DNA of 64,000 nucleotides from NCBI RefSeq assembly GCF_963921235.1, contig NC_086097.1, forward strand, positions 256,000,001-256,064,000, written 5' to 3'. Below, piece by piece: positions 11,920 to 24,893 of the stretch (positions within the stretch are counted from its first letter, which is position 1; the number at the start of each line of letters is the position of its first letter). The position numbers were made by a program, and so were the translations under genes. The notes beneath the pieces were generated by a model. The model did not search any database. It was not told the origin of the DNA and saw only the letters and a program-made list of their open reading frames with translations. The DNA comes from Mobula hypostoma (lineage: Eukaryota).

Positions 11920-12840
11920 GGGGCTGAATTGGCTAACATGAGGGGGCCTAGTTTTAAAGTGCTGGGAAATAGTTACAAGAAGGATGTCAGAGGTAAGTTT
12001 TTCACACAGAGAGTGGTGGGTGTGTGGAATGCATTACCAGCGAAGGTGTTAGAGGCAGGTACAATTGGATGTTTTAAGAGACTCAGATAGGTATACTGAG
12101 CTTTGAAAAATAGAGGGCTATGCGGTAGTGAAATTCTAGGCCGCTTCTAGACTAGGTTACATGGTTAGCACCACATTGTGGATTGAAGGGCCTGTAATGT
12201 GCTGTAGATTTCTATGTTTTTATGTTTCCAGTTGACTTTGACTATAAGACATAGGAGCAGAATTAGACCATCTGGCCCATCGAGTCTGCTCAGCCATTCA
12301 ATCATAGCTGATTCTTTTTTAATCTCCTCAACCCCAGTTCCCGGCCTTCTCTCTGTAACATCTGATGTCGTGCCCAATCAACAATCTATCAATCTCTGCC
12401 TTAAGTACACTCAATGGCCTGGCCTCCACTGCTGCATGTGGCAACAAATTCCACAAATTCACCACCCTTTGGCTAAAGAAATTACTCTGCATCCCTGGTT
12501 TGAAAGGGCGCCCCTCTATCCTGAGGCTGTGCCCTCTTGTCACAGATTCTCCCACCATGGGAAACATCCTTTCCACATCTACTCTGTCTAGGCCTTTCAA
12601 CGTTCGAAAGGTTTCAATGAAATCCCTCCTCATCCTTCTGAATTCCAGCGAGTACAGGCCTAGAGCCATCAAACATTCGTCCTATGATAACCCTTTCATT
12701 TATGGAATCTTCCTTGTGAACCTCCTCTGGACCCTGTCCAATGCCAGCACATATTTTCTAAGATGAAGGGCTCAAAACTGTTCACAATACTCAAGGTGAG
12801 GCCTCACCAGTGCCTTAAAAAGCCTCAGCATCACATCTTT
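11920..12840. mobile_element. Two CR1 3' ends: plus 11920-12230 and minus 12245-12840 (the latter continues 14308-14870)
   Basis: FFTQRVV.VWN and LERR/EFRRMRGD motifs, with microsatellite tails (tttctatg and tcttatag types). Confidence 0.8.
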
Positions 12841-12841
12841 G

Positions 12842-14307
12842 CTGGACTAGTTCCTGAGGATTGGAGGGTGGCTAATGTAACCCCACTTTTTAAAAAAGGA
12901 GGGAGAGAGAAACCGGGGAATTATAGACCGGTTAGCCTAACATTGGTGGTGGGGAAAATGCTAGAGTCAGTTATCAAAGATGTGATAACAGCACATTTGG
13001 AAAGCGGTGAAATCATCGGACAAAGTCAGCATGGATTTGTGAAAGGAAAATCATGTCTGACGAATCTCATAGAATTTTTTGAGGATGTAACTAGTAGAGT
13101 GGATAGGGGAGAACCAATGGATGTGGTATCTGGATTTTCAAAAGGCTTTTGACAAGGTCCCACACGAGATTAGTGTGCAAACTTAAAGCACACAGTATTG
13201 GGGGTAAGGTATTGATGTGGATAGAGAATTGGTTGGCAGATAGGAAGCAGAGTGGGAATAAACGGGACCTTTTCAGAATGGCAGGCAGTGACTAGTGGGA
13301 TACCGCAAGGCTCAGTGCTGGGACCCCAGTTGTTTACAATACATATTAATGACTTAGATGAGGGAATTAAATGCAGCATCTCCAAGTTTGCGGATGACAC
13401 AAAGCTGGGCGGCAGTGTTAGCTGTGAGGAGGATGCTAAGAGGATGCAGGGTGACTTGGATAGGTTGAGTGAGTGGGCAAATTCATGGCAGATGCAATTT
13501 AATGTGGATAAATGTGAAGTTATCCACTTTGGTGGCAAAAACAGGAAAACAGATTATTATCTGAATGGTGGCCGATTAGGAAAAGGGGAGGTGCAACGAG
13601 ATCTGGGTGTTATTATACACCAGCCATTGAAAGTGGGCATGCAGGTAGAGCAGGCGGTGAAAAAGGTGAATGGTATGCTGGCAAGAATATTCGAGTACAG
13701 GAGCAAGGAGGTACTACTGCAGTTGTACAAGGCCTTGGTGAGACCACACCTGGAGTATTGTGTGCAGTTTTGGTCCCCTAATCTGAGGAAAGACATTCTT
13801 GCCACAGAGGGAGTACAAGGAAGGTTCACCAGATTGATTCCTGGGATGGCAGGACTTTCAGATGATGAAAGACTGGATCGACTAGGCTTATACTCATTGG
13901 AATTTAGAAGATTGAGGGGGGATCTTATTGAAACGTATAAAATCCTAAAGGGATTGGACAGGCTAGATGCAGGAAGATTGTTCCCAATGTTGGGTAAGTC
14001 CAGAACGAGGGGTCACAGTTTGAGGATAAAGGGGAAGCCTTTTAGGACGAGATTAGGAAAAACTTCTTCACACAGAGAGTGGTGAATCTATGGAATTCTC
14101 TGCCGCAGGAAACAGTTGAGGCCAGCTCATTGGCTATATTTAAGAGGGAGTTAGATATGGCCCTTGTGGTTAAAGGGATCAGGGGGTATGGTGGGAAGGT
14201 TGGTACAGGGTTCTGAGTTGGATGATCAGCCATGATCATACTGAATGGCGGTCCAGGCTCGACGGGCCGAATGACCTACTCCTGCACCTATTTTCTATGT
14301 TTCTATG
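12842..14307 (+). mobile_element. CR1 subfamily B, 5'-truncated RT
   Basis: ORFs 12763-13152 and 13252-14085. Tail (tttctatg)n. Closely similar to the 3' part of 58253-61786. Confidence 0.93.
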
Positions 14308-15791
14308 AATGTTAACATGGCATTTGCCTTCCTCATCACTAACACAACCTGCAAGTTAACCTTCAGGGTGTTCTGCACAAGGACTCTCAAAATCCTCTGC
14401 ATTTCAGATTCCTGGATTTTCTCCCTGTTTAGAAAACAGTCCGCACATTTATTTCTACTACCGAAGTTGTATGTCATTTGCCACTTTCTTGCCCATTCTC
14501 CTAATTTGTCTGTCCTTCTGCATCCTGTTTCCTCAACACTACCTGCCCCCCCACTAATCTTTGTATTATCTGCAAACTTGGCAACAAAGCCATCTATTTC
14601 ATCATCTAAATCATTTATATACAGCACAAAAAGAAGTGGTCCCAACACCAAACCCAACCAGAAAAGGATCCTCTTATTCCCGCTCACTGCCTCCTACCAA
14701 TCAGCCAATGCTCTAACCATGTTAGTAACTTTCCAGTAATACCGTGGGCTCTTAACTTGGTAAGCAGCCTCATGTGTGGCACTTTGTCAACGTCCTTCTG
14801 AAAGTCCAAATATACAACATCCCCCACATCCCCTTTATCTATCTTATTTGTAATCTCCTCAAAGAATTCACAGAAACACACTAAAAACCTACAGCTCAAT
14901 ACACAGCCCAGAATGCTGTGCTGAACATGTACTTACTTTAGAAATTATCTCGGGTTACCCATAGCCCTCTATTTTTCTAAGCTCCATGTACCTGTCCAGC
15001 AGTCTCTTAAAGGACCCTGTTGTATCCGCCTCCCACAGTTGCTGGCAGCCCATTCCATGCACTCACCACACTCTTGTAAAAAACTTACCCCTGACATCTC
15101 CTCTGTACCTTCTTCCAAGCGCCTTAAAGCTGTGTCCTCTCGTGTTTGCAATTCCAACAGGTTCATCAGGCAGGATTTTCCCTGAAGGAAACCATGCTGA
15201 CTTTGTACTATCTTCTCCTCTGTCACCAAGTACTCCATCAGCTCATCCTTAACAATTGACTCCAACATCTTCCCAACTACTAAGATTTATATCCATCTGT
15301 ATCCTTTCACAACCTCCTTCACTTCAACATTTTTTTCTGTTGTGAGTAAACTTGCTAACCCACCCACCTTTGTTGTCATCTAAATCATTATGTATGTAAG
15401 AAAAAACAGCAGCCCCCGCAGTACACCGCCGGTGACACAGTCACCACCTCTTGGCCAATATCATTCCCCTCCTATTACAAAGCAAATCGTGGGCCGTAAC
15501 GTTGGATGTTATTTTTGATTTTGATTGCTATTTTCTAAGCATTCAAAATGTCATTAAAGTGATTCAAACAGCAAGTTTGAGGAAAATAGGCATGGGCTGA
15601 TAGGTAACAATATATTGAAGTAATGCTAATGGAAGAGTATTGGGTATAGAACTGGTAATTAGTAAGGATAACTGGGGTTAATGGTGGGTTCTTCCAAAAG
15701 GGAGGGGGCAAGTGGGACTGCAACTGAGAAACTTGCCAATCTCACAGCGAGCTGTGGAGTAATCATGGGAAGTAACGGTTAGTGGACTTAC

Positions 15792-15880
15792 CGACTGCTT
15801 TTCCTGTCTGCATCACACTGCGACTTGTGGAAATCACTGCATTTCCCAGCTTCTTCCCGCGTTCACTGTTCTGCACAGAA
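15792..15880 (-). CDS. AVL9: AVL9 penultimate coding exon, 89 nt (SVQNSERGKKLGNAVISTSRSVMQTGKAV-G)
   Basis: tttgctttag|TTCTGTGCAG...GCAGTCG|gtaagt. Phase 2 in and phase 1 out, matching both neighbouring exons. Resembles AVL9 SVQNSERGKKIGNVMVTTSRNVVQTGKAVG. Confidence 0.95.
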
Positions 15881-16092
15881 CTAAAGCAAACAAATATTCA
15901 ATCAGTTATTTTCTTCAGCAAGTGACTAAACATATGCATTGATTCAAGGTTGTTGCAGATTATGTCGCTATAGAAGCATCTAATTGCATTCCAAAAAGTA
16001 ATTTATTCCTCAGTTGGCAAGTATCAATTAGTGGGCTATGAAAGGGTATGAAGGTTTGAGTAACAGTTATCCACAATATATTAATGATCTGC

Positions 16093-16312
16093 ATACACTC
16101 GATGGCACTTTAGTAGGTACAGGAGTGGAACTCAGTGTGATCTTCTGCTGTTGTTTGACATATTGTGTGATCAAAGATGCTCTTCAGCGCACCAATGTTG
16201 TAATGTGCTGTTATCTGAGTTACTGTCACCTTCCTGTCAGCCTGACCCAGTCTGGCCAGTCTCTAACCTCTCATTAACAAGGCATTTTCACCCACAGAAC
16301 TGCTACTCACTA
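16093..16312 (-). mobile_element. Tc1-like DNA transposon remnant; continues at about 18539-18585
   Basis: Starts tacactcgatggcactttagtaggtac, resembling the Tc1 TIR CACTCAGTGGCCACTTTATTAGGTAC. The minus strand has a decayed transposase N-terminal segment. Split by a CR1-A insertion. Confidence 0.65.
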
Positions 16313-16313
16313 T

Positions 16314-18538
16314 ACAAGGATAGATCTGGTCCTAGCGTTGAGGTTCTGAACTGGAAGAAGACCAAATTTGAAGAAATGAGAAATGATCTAAAAAGCGTGG
16401 ATTGGGACAGGTTGTTCTCTGGCAAAGATGTGATTGGTAGGTGGGAAGCCTTCAAAGGGGAAATTTTGAGAGTGCAGAGTTTGTATGTTCCTGTCAGGAT
16501 TAAAGGCAAATTGAATAGGAATAAGGAACCTTGGTTCTCAAGGGATATTGCAACTCTGATAAAGAAGAAGAGGGAGTTGTATGAAATGTATAGGAAACAG
16601 GGAGTAAATAAGGTGCTTGAGGAGTATAAGAAGTGCAAGAAAATACTTAAGAAAGAAATCAGGAGGGCTAAAAGAAGACATGAGGTTGCCTTGGCAGTCA
16701 AAGTGAAGAATAATCCAAAGAGCTTTTACAGGTATATTAAGAGCAAAAGGATTGTAAGGGATAAAATTAGTCCTCTTGAAGATCAGAGTGGTCGGCTATG
16801 TGCGTAACCAAAGGAAATGGGGGAGATCTTAAATAGTTTTTTTTGCGGCTGTATTTACGAAGGAAACTGGCATGAAGTCTATGGAATTAAAGGGAACAAG
16901 TAGTGAGATCATGGAAACTGTACAGATCGAAAAGGAAGAGGTGCTTGCTGTCTTGAGGAAAATTAAAGAGGATAAATCCCCGGGACCTGACAGAGTGTTC
17001 TCTTGGACCTTGCAGGAGACTAGTGTTGAAATTGCAGGGGCCCTGGCAGAAATATTTAAAACGTCGCTGTCTACAGGTGAGGTGCCAGAGGATTGGAGAG
17101 TGGCTCATGTTGTTCCGTTGTTTAAAAAAAGGATCAAAAAGTAATCCGGGAAATTATAGGCCAGTAAATTTAACGTCGGTAGTAGGTAAGTTATTGGAGG
17201 GAGTACTAAGAGACAGAAACTACAAGCATTTGGATAGACAGGGACGTATTAGGGGGAGTCAACATGGCTTTGTGCTTGGTAGGTCATGTTTGACCAATCT
17301 ATTGGAGTTTTTCAAGGAGGTTACCAGGGAAGTGGATGAAGGGAAGGCAGTGGATATTGTCTACATGCACTTCAGTAAGGCCTTTGACAAGGTCCCGCAT
17401 GGGAGGTTAGTTAGGAAAATTCAGTCGCTAGGTATACATGGAGAGGTGGTAAATTGGATCAGACATTGGCTCGATGGAAGAAGCCAGAGAGTGGTGGTAG
17501 AGAATTGCTTCTCCGAGTGGAGGCCTGTGACTAGTGGTGTGCCACAGGGATCAGTGCTGGGTCCATTGTTATTTGTCATCTATATCAATGATCTGGATGA
17601 TAATGTGGTAAATTGGATCAGCAAATTTGCTGATGATACAAAGATTGGAGGTGTAGTAGACAGTGAGGAAGGTTTTCAGAGCCTGCAGAGGGACTTGGAC
17701 CAGCTTGGAAAATGGGCTGAAAAATGGCAGATGGAGATTAATACAGACAAGTGTGAGGTATTGCATGTTGGAAGGACAAACCAAGGTAGAACATACAGAG
17801 TTAATGGTAAGGCACTGAGGAGTGCAGTAGAACAGAGGGATCTGGGAATACAGATACAAACTTCCCTAAAAGTGGCGTCACAGGTAGATAGGGTCGTAAA
17901 GAGAGCTTTTGGTACATAGGCCTTTATTAATCAAAGTATTGAGTATAAGAGCTGGAATGTTATGATGAGTTGTATAAGGCATTGGTGAGGCCAAATCTGG
18001 AGTATTGTGTTCAGTTTTGGTCACCAAATTACAGGAAGGAGATAAATAAGATTGAAAGAGTGCAGAGAAGGTTTACAAGGATGTTGCCGGGACTTGAGAA
18101 ACTCAGTTACAGAGAAAGGTTAAATAGGTTAGGACTTTATTCCCTGGAGCGTAGAAGAATGAGGGGAGATTTGATAGAGGTATATAAAATCATGATGGGT
18201 ATAGATAGAGTGAATGCAAGCAGGCTTTTTCCACTGAGGCAAGGGGAGAAAAAAACCAGAGGACATGGGTTAAGGGTCAGGAGGGAAAAGTTTAAAGGGA
18301 ACATTAGGGGGGGCTTCTTCACACAGAGAGTGGTGGGAGTATGGAATGAGCTGCCAGACGAGGTGGTAAATGCGGGTTCTATTTTAACATTTAAGAATAA
18401 ATTGGACAGATACATGGATGGGAGGTGTATGGAGGGATATGGTCCGTGTGCAGGTCAGTGGGACTGGGCAGAAAATGGTTCGGCACAGCCAAGAAGGGCC
18501 AAAAGGCCTGTTTCTGTGCTGTAGTTTTTCTATGGTTT
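16314..18538 (+). mobile_element. CR1 subfamily A, 5'-truncated
   Basis: Near-identical to 4925-7143. RT ORFs 17023-17919 and 17970-18524, with stops and frameshifts. Confidence 0.94.
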
Positions 18539-18589
18539 CAGACATTTTCTGTTTCTCACACCAACGTCTGTAAACTCGAGTCTCTATAT

Positions 18590-19499
18590 AAGACCGTAAG
18601 ATATAGCAGCAGAATTAGGTGTCCGCTCCGCCATACCATTATAGCTAATTCAATTTTCTCTCTTAGCCCCAATCTCCTGCTTTCTCCCAGTTACCTTTGA
18701 CTAATCAATAATCTATCAACTCTCTGCCTTAAATGCACATAAAGACTTGGCCTCCATGATTTCCTGTGGCTGTGTACTCTGGTCCTAAACTCCTCCACAT
18801 AGGAAACATCCTCTAACAAGGCCTTTCAACATTTGTCACGTTTCATTGAGGTCAACCTCATTCTTCTGAATACCAGTGAGTACAGGCCAAGAGCCGTCAA
18901 AAAATCTTCACGTTACATTTTCGAGAACCTCCTTTGAACCTTCTCCAATATCAGTACATCCTTTCATAGATAAGGGGCCCCAAACTTCGCACAATACTCC
19001 AAGTGAGTCCTCACTAGTGCTTTATAAAGTCTTAGCATGGCATCCTTGCTTTTATATACTAGCCCTCTTGAAACAAATGCTAACAATGCATATGCCTTCC
19101 TCACCACCACCAACTAGACTCGCAAACTAATCTTTACAGAATCCTCCACAAGGACTCCCAAGTCCCCTCCCTCTACAGATTTTTTAATTTTCTCCCCACT
19201 TAGAAAATAATCTACCTTTTTATTTCTACTACCAAAGTGCAAAATACACTTCTCATCACTGTATTCCATCTGCCACTTTGCCCATTCTCTTAATCCGATT
19301 TAAATCCTTCTAAAAGCCTCTCTACTTCCACAAAACTATCTGCCCCTCCAGCGATTTTCATTTCACCTGCCAATTTGACCAGAAAGCCATCAACTCCCAT
19401 CATTGGCATATTGGTGTAACAAGAATTTGTCCCAACACAGACCCGAGGAACAACACTAGTCAGCAGCAGACAACCAGAAAAGGCTTCCATTATTCCCAC
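18590..19499 (-). mobile_element. Old CR1 3' portion; resumes at 26648-26920
   Basis: Decayed RT C-terminus and 3' UTR. It hosts the PLE at 19500-26632. Confidence 0.78.
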
Positions 19500-19597
19500 A
19501 AACAAGACGAATTCTGCAGATGCTGGAAATTCAAGCAACACACATCAAAGTTGCTGGTGAACGCAGCAAGCCAGGCAGCATCTCTAGGAAGAGGTAC

Positions 19598-19633
19598 AGT
19601 CGACGTTTCAGGCCGAGACCCTTTGTCAGGACT
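19598..19633 (-). ncRNA. Hammerhead ribozyme copy with core mutation (CTGACAA)
   Basis: Same as 9388-9423 except G8 to A in the CUGANGA box; predicted inactive. Confidence 0.7.
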
Positions 19634-20591
19634 AACTGAAGGAAGAGCAAGTAAGAGATTTGAAAGTGAGAGGGGGAAGGTGAGATCCAAAATGATAGGA
19701 GAAGACAGGAGGGGGAGGGATGGAGCCAAGAGCTGCACAAGTGATTGGCAAAGGGGATATGAGAGGATCATGGGACAGGAGGCCCAGAGAGAAGGAAAAG
19801 CGGGGTGGGGGGAAAAACCCAGAGGATGGGCAAGGGGTATAGTGAGAGGGATAGAGGGCGAAAAAGGAGAGAGAGAAAAAGAATGTGTGTATATAAATAA
19901 ATAACGGATGGGGTACAAGGGGGAGGAAAGGCATTAACAGAAGTTAGAGAAGTCAATGTTCATGCCATCAGGTTGGAGGCTACCCAGACGGAATATAAGG
20001 TGTTGTTCCTCCAACCTGAGTGTGGCTTCATCTTTACAGTACAGGAGGCCGTGGATAGACATGTCAGAATGGGAACGGGATGTGGAATTAAATTGTGTGG
20101 CCACTGGGAGATCCTGCTTTCTCTGGCAGACAGAGCATAGGTGTTCAGCAAAACGGTCTCCCAGTATGCATCGGGTCTTGCCGATATAGAGAAGGCCACA
20201 TTGGGAGCACTGGACGCAGTATATCACCCCAGCCGACTCACAGGTGAAGTGTCGCCTCACCTGGAAGGACTGTCTGGGGCCCTGAATGGTGGTAAGGGAG
20301 GAAGTGTAAGGGCATGTACAGCACTTGTTCCGCTTACAAGGATAAGTGCCAGGAGGGAGATCAGTGGGGAGGGATGGGGGGGGGGGAGAATGGACAAGGG
20401 AGTCGCGTAAGGAGCGATCCCTGTGGAAAGCATGGTGGGGGGGGAGGGAAAGATGTGCTTAGTGGTGGGATCCCGTTGGAGGTGGCGGAAGTTACGGAGA
20501 ATAATATGTTGGACCAGGAGGCTGGTGGGGTGGTAGGTGAGGACCAGGGGAACCCTATTCCTAGTGGGGTGGCGGGAGGATGGAGTGAGAG

Positions 20592-23500
20592 TTTAAAAAG
20601 GCGACCACCCTATAAAGCGGGCAGCTGTCGGAGCGGGCAGCGGAGTGAGCAGTAGCAGAGTGTAGGGCTTTGGCTTCAACGGGCTTCGGCGATAAACGGG
20701 AAGAGGCGAGAGCAAAGCGCCAACTCTTTTTTTCTCTCTCCCGCCCCCCCCCCCCCGCCCAACCCTTTCACTAATCGGCCCGGACAGACAGGAACAGCAG
20801 GGCTCTCACAGCTAACGGTTTAACAAGTTTGTCTGTTCGGCGAGGTAAGTGGGTGAGTACACACATTTTTCCTGTTTCATTCGTGTAGAATTAGATAGCA
20901 TGCCTGCAGGGTTAGTGCTTTGTTCAGGGTGTCAGATGTGGGAATCCTGGGAGACTTCCAGCCTCCCTGATGGCCACATCTGCGCCAGGTGCACCGAGTT
21001 GCAGCTCCTCAGAGACCGTGTTAGGGATCTGCAGCTGCAGCTTGATGACCTAGTGCTTATCAGGGAAAGTGAAGAGGTGATAGACAGGAGCTACAGGGAG
21101 GTAGTCATCCCTAGGCTACAGGGGTCAGAACACTGAGTCACTGTCAAGAGAGGGAAGGGAAATGCCCGGATAGTGGAGAGCACACCTGTGGCTGTCCCCC
21201 TCAGCAACAAATATCTTGTTCTGGATGCTGTTGAGGGGGATGACCTGACGGGGAACGCCCACGGTGACCGGGTCTCTGGCACTGAGCCTGGCGCTGTTGT
21301 GCAGGAGAGAAGGAGGGTGAAGAGAAATGCGGTAGTCGTGGGGGATTCCATAGTCAGGGGAACAGACAGGAGATTCTGTGAGTATACCCGCATGGTGTGT
21401 TGCCTCCCAGGTGCCAGGGTACGGGATGTCTCGGATCGGGTCCAGAATATTCTAAAGGGGGAGGGTGAGCAGCCAGTTGTCCTGGTACATGTTGGTACCA
21501 ATGACATAGATAGGACAAAGGAGGAGGTCCTGAAGAGAGATTTCCGGGAGTTAGGAAAAGGAAGCTGAGAAGCAGGACCTCCAGGGTAGTAATCTCGGGA
21601 TTGCTACCTGTGCCACGTGCTAGCGAGGGCAAGAGTAGTCAGATCAGGCAGATGAATGCGTGGCTGAGAGACTGGTGTAGGGGGCAGGGCTTCAGATTCT
21701 TGGATAATTGGGATCTCTTCTGGGGGAAGTATGACCTGTTCAAAAAGGACAGGTTACACCTGAACCCGAAGGGGACCAATATCCTGGCGGGAAAGTTTAA
21801 TAGAGCTGTTAGGGAGGGTTTAAACTAATTTGGCAGGGGGATGGGAACCGGAATGATAGAGCGGAGGAAGGGGAAAACAGAAATAAATCTAAGATAGTGA
21901 ACAGTAAAGATGTCAGGAAAGACAGGCAGGTGATGGGGCAAATGTGTAGCCATTGGGATGAGTTGCAGTGAAATCAAAGCAAAAAGTATCAAATACTGGT
22001 CTTAAGGTGTTGTACTTAAATGCACGCAGCATAAGAAATAAGGTGGATGATCTTGTTGTACAGCTACAGATTGGCAGGTATGATATTGTGGCCATCACTG
22101 AGACCTGGCTAAAGGATGCATGTCTCTGGGAGCTGAACGTCCAAGGATACACGGTGTATCGGAAGGATAGGAAGGTAGGCAGAGGGGGAGGCGTGGCTTT
22201 ATTGGTAAGAAATGATATTAAATCGTTAGAAAGAGGTGATATAGGATCGGAAGGTGCAGAATCTTTATGGGTTGAGCTAAGGAATAGCAGGGATAAAAGG
22301 ACCCTGATGGCAGTTATTTATAGGCCTCCAAACAGCTGCAGGGATGTGGACTACAAATTACAACTGGAAATAGAAAAGGCTTGTCAGAAGGGCAGTGTTA
22401 TGATAATTGTGGGGGATTTTAACATGCGAGTAGATTGGAAAAATCAGGTCGGCACTGGATGTCAAGAGAGAGAATTTGTAGAATGACTGCGAGATGGCTT
22501 TTTAAAACAGCTTGTTGTTGAGCCCACTAGGGGATCGGCTGTACTGGATTGGGTATTGTGTAATGAACCAGAGGTGATTGGAGAGATTGAGGTGAAGGAA
22601 CCCTTAGGAAGCAGTGATCATAACATGACTGAGTTCACTGTGAAATTAGAAAAAGAGAAGCCGAAATCTGATGTGTCAGTGCTTCAGTGGAGTAAAGGAA
22701 ACTACAGTGGCATGAGAGAGGAACTGGCCAAAGTTGACTGGAAAGAGACACTGGCGGGAAAGACGGCAGAGCAGCAGTGGTTGGAGTTTATGCGAGAAAT
22801 GAGGAATGTGCAAGACAGGTATATTCCAAAAAAGAAGAAATTTTCGAGTGGAAAAAGGATGCAACCGTGGTTGACAAGAGAAGTCAAAGCCAAGGTTAAA
22901 GCTAAGGAGAGGGCATACGAGGAAGCAAAAATTAGTGGGAAGACAGAGGATTGGGAAGTCTTTAAAACCTTACAAAAGGAAACCAAGAAGGTCATTAAGA
23001 GAGTAAAGATTAACTATGAAAGGAAACTAGCAAATAATATCGAAGAGGATACTAAAAGCTTTTTCAAGTATATAAAGAGTAAAAGACAGGTGAGAGTAGA
23101 TATAGGACCGATAGAAAATGATACTGGAGAAATTGTAATGGGAGATGAGGAGATGGCAGAGGAACTAAACAAGTATTTTGCATCAGTCTTCACTGAGGAA
23201 CACAGGAGGATACCGGACACTTAAGGGTGGCAGGGAAGAGAAGTGTGCGCAGTCACAATTACGACAGAGAAAGTACTCAGGAAGCTGAATAGGCTAAAGG
23301 TCGATAAATCTCCTGGACCAGATGGAATGCACCCTCGTGTTCGAAAGGAAGTAGCTGTGGAGATTGCGGAGGCATTAGCGATGATCTTTCAAAAGTCAAT
23401 AGATTCTGGCATGGTTCCGGAGGACTGGAAGATTGCAAATGTCACTCCGCTATTTAAGAAGGGGGCAAGGAAGCAAAAAGGAAATTATAGACCTGTCAGC

Positions 23501-24893
23501 TAGACATTGGTGGTTGGGAAGTTGTTGGAGTCGATTGTCAAGGATTAGGTTACAGAGTACCTGGAGGCATATGACAAGATAGGCAGAACTCAGCATGGAT
23601 TCCTTAAAGGAAAATCCTGCCTGACAAACCTATTACAATTTTTTGAGGAAATTACCAGTAGGCTAGACAAGGGAGATGCAGCAGATGTTGTACATTTGGA
23701 TTTTCAGAAGGCCTTTTGACAAGGTGCCACACATGAGGCTGCTTAACAAGAGCCCATGGAATTACAGGAAAGTTACATACGTGGATAGAGCTTTGGCTGA
23801 TTGGCAGGAAACAGAGAGTGGGAATAAAGGGATCCTATTCTGGTTGGCTGCCGGTTACCAGTGGTGTTCCACAGGGATCAGTGTTGGGGCCGCTTCTTTT
23901 TACATTGTACATCAACGATTTGGATTGTGGAATAGAGGGCTTTATGGTTAAGTTTGCTGACGATACGAAGATAGGTGGAGGGGCCGGTAGTGCTGAGGAA
24001 ACGGAGAGTCTGCAGAGAGACTTGGATAGATTGGAAGAATGGGCAGAGAAGTGGCAAATGAAGTACAATGTTGGAAAGTGTATGGTTATGCACTTTGGCA
24101 GAAAAAATAAACGGGCAGACTATTATTTAAATGGGGAAAGAATTCAAAGTTCTGAGATGCAACGGGACTTGGGAGTCCTCGTACAGGATTCCCTTAAAGT
24201 TAACCTCCAGGTTGAGTCGGTAGTGAAGAAGGCGAATGCAATGTTGGCATTCATTTCTACAGGAATAGAGTATAGGAGCAGGGATGTGATGTTGAGGCTC
24301 TATAAGGCGCTGGTGAGACCTCACTTGGAGTACTGTGGGCAGTTTTGGTCTCCTTATTTACGAAAGGTTGTGCTGACGTTGGAGAGGGTACAGAGAAGAT
24401 TTACTAGAATGATTCCGGGAATGAGAGGGTTAACATATGAGGAACGTTTGTCCGCTCTTGGACTGTATTCCTTGGAGTTTAGAAGAATGAGGGGAGACCT
24501 CATAGAAACATTTCGAATGTTAAAAGGCATGGACAGAGTGGATGTGGCAAAGTTGTTTCCCATGATGGGAGAGTCTAGTACGAGAGGGCATGACTTCAGG
24601 ATTGAAGGGCACCCTTTCAGAACAGAAATGCGAAAAAATTTTTTTAGTCAGAAGGTGGTGAATCTATGGAATTTGTTGCCACGGGCAGCAGTGGAGGCCA
24701 AGTCATTGGGTGTCTTTAAGGCAGAGATTGATAGGTATCTGAGTAGCCAGGGCATCAAAGGTTATGGTGAGAAGGCGGGGCAGTGGGACTAAATAGGATA
24801 AAATGGATCAGCTCATGATAAAATGGCGGAGCAGACTCGATGGGCCGAATGGCCTACTTCTGCTCCTTTGTCTTATGGTCTTATGGTCTTATG
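20592..24893 (+). mobile_element. Full-length CR1 LINE (5' UTR, ORF1, ORF2, tail), disabled
   Basis: ORF1 starts at ATG 20900 (CxxC..CxxC, zipper, SGNH esterase GDS/GTND/DxLH). ORF2 APE+RT spans about 21970-24792 with several stops. Tail (tcttatgg)3; TSD gagag at 20587-20591 and 24894-24898. Confidence 0.95.
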
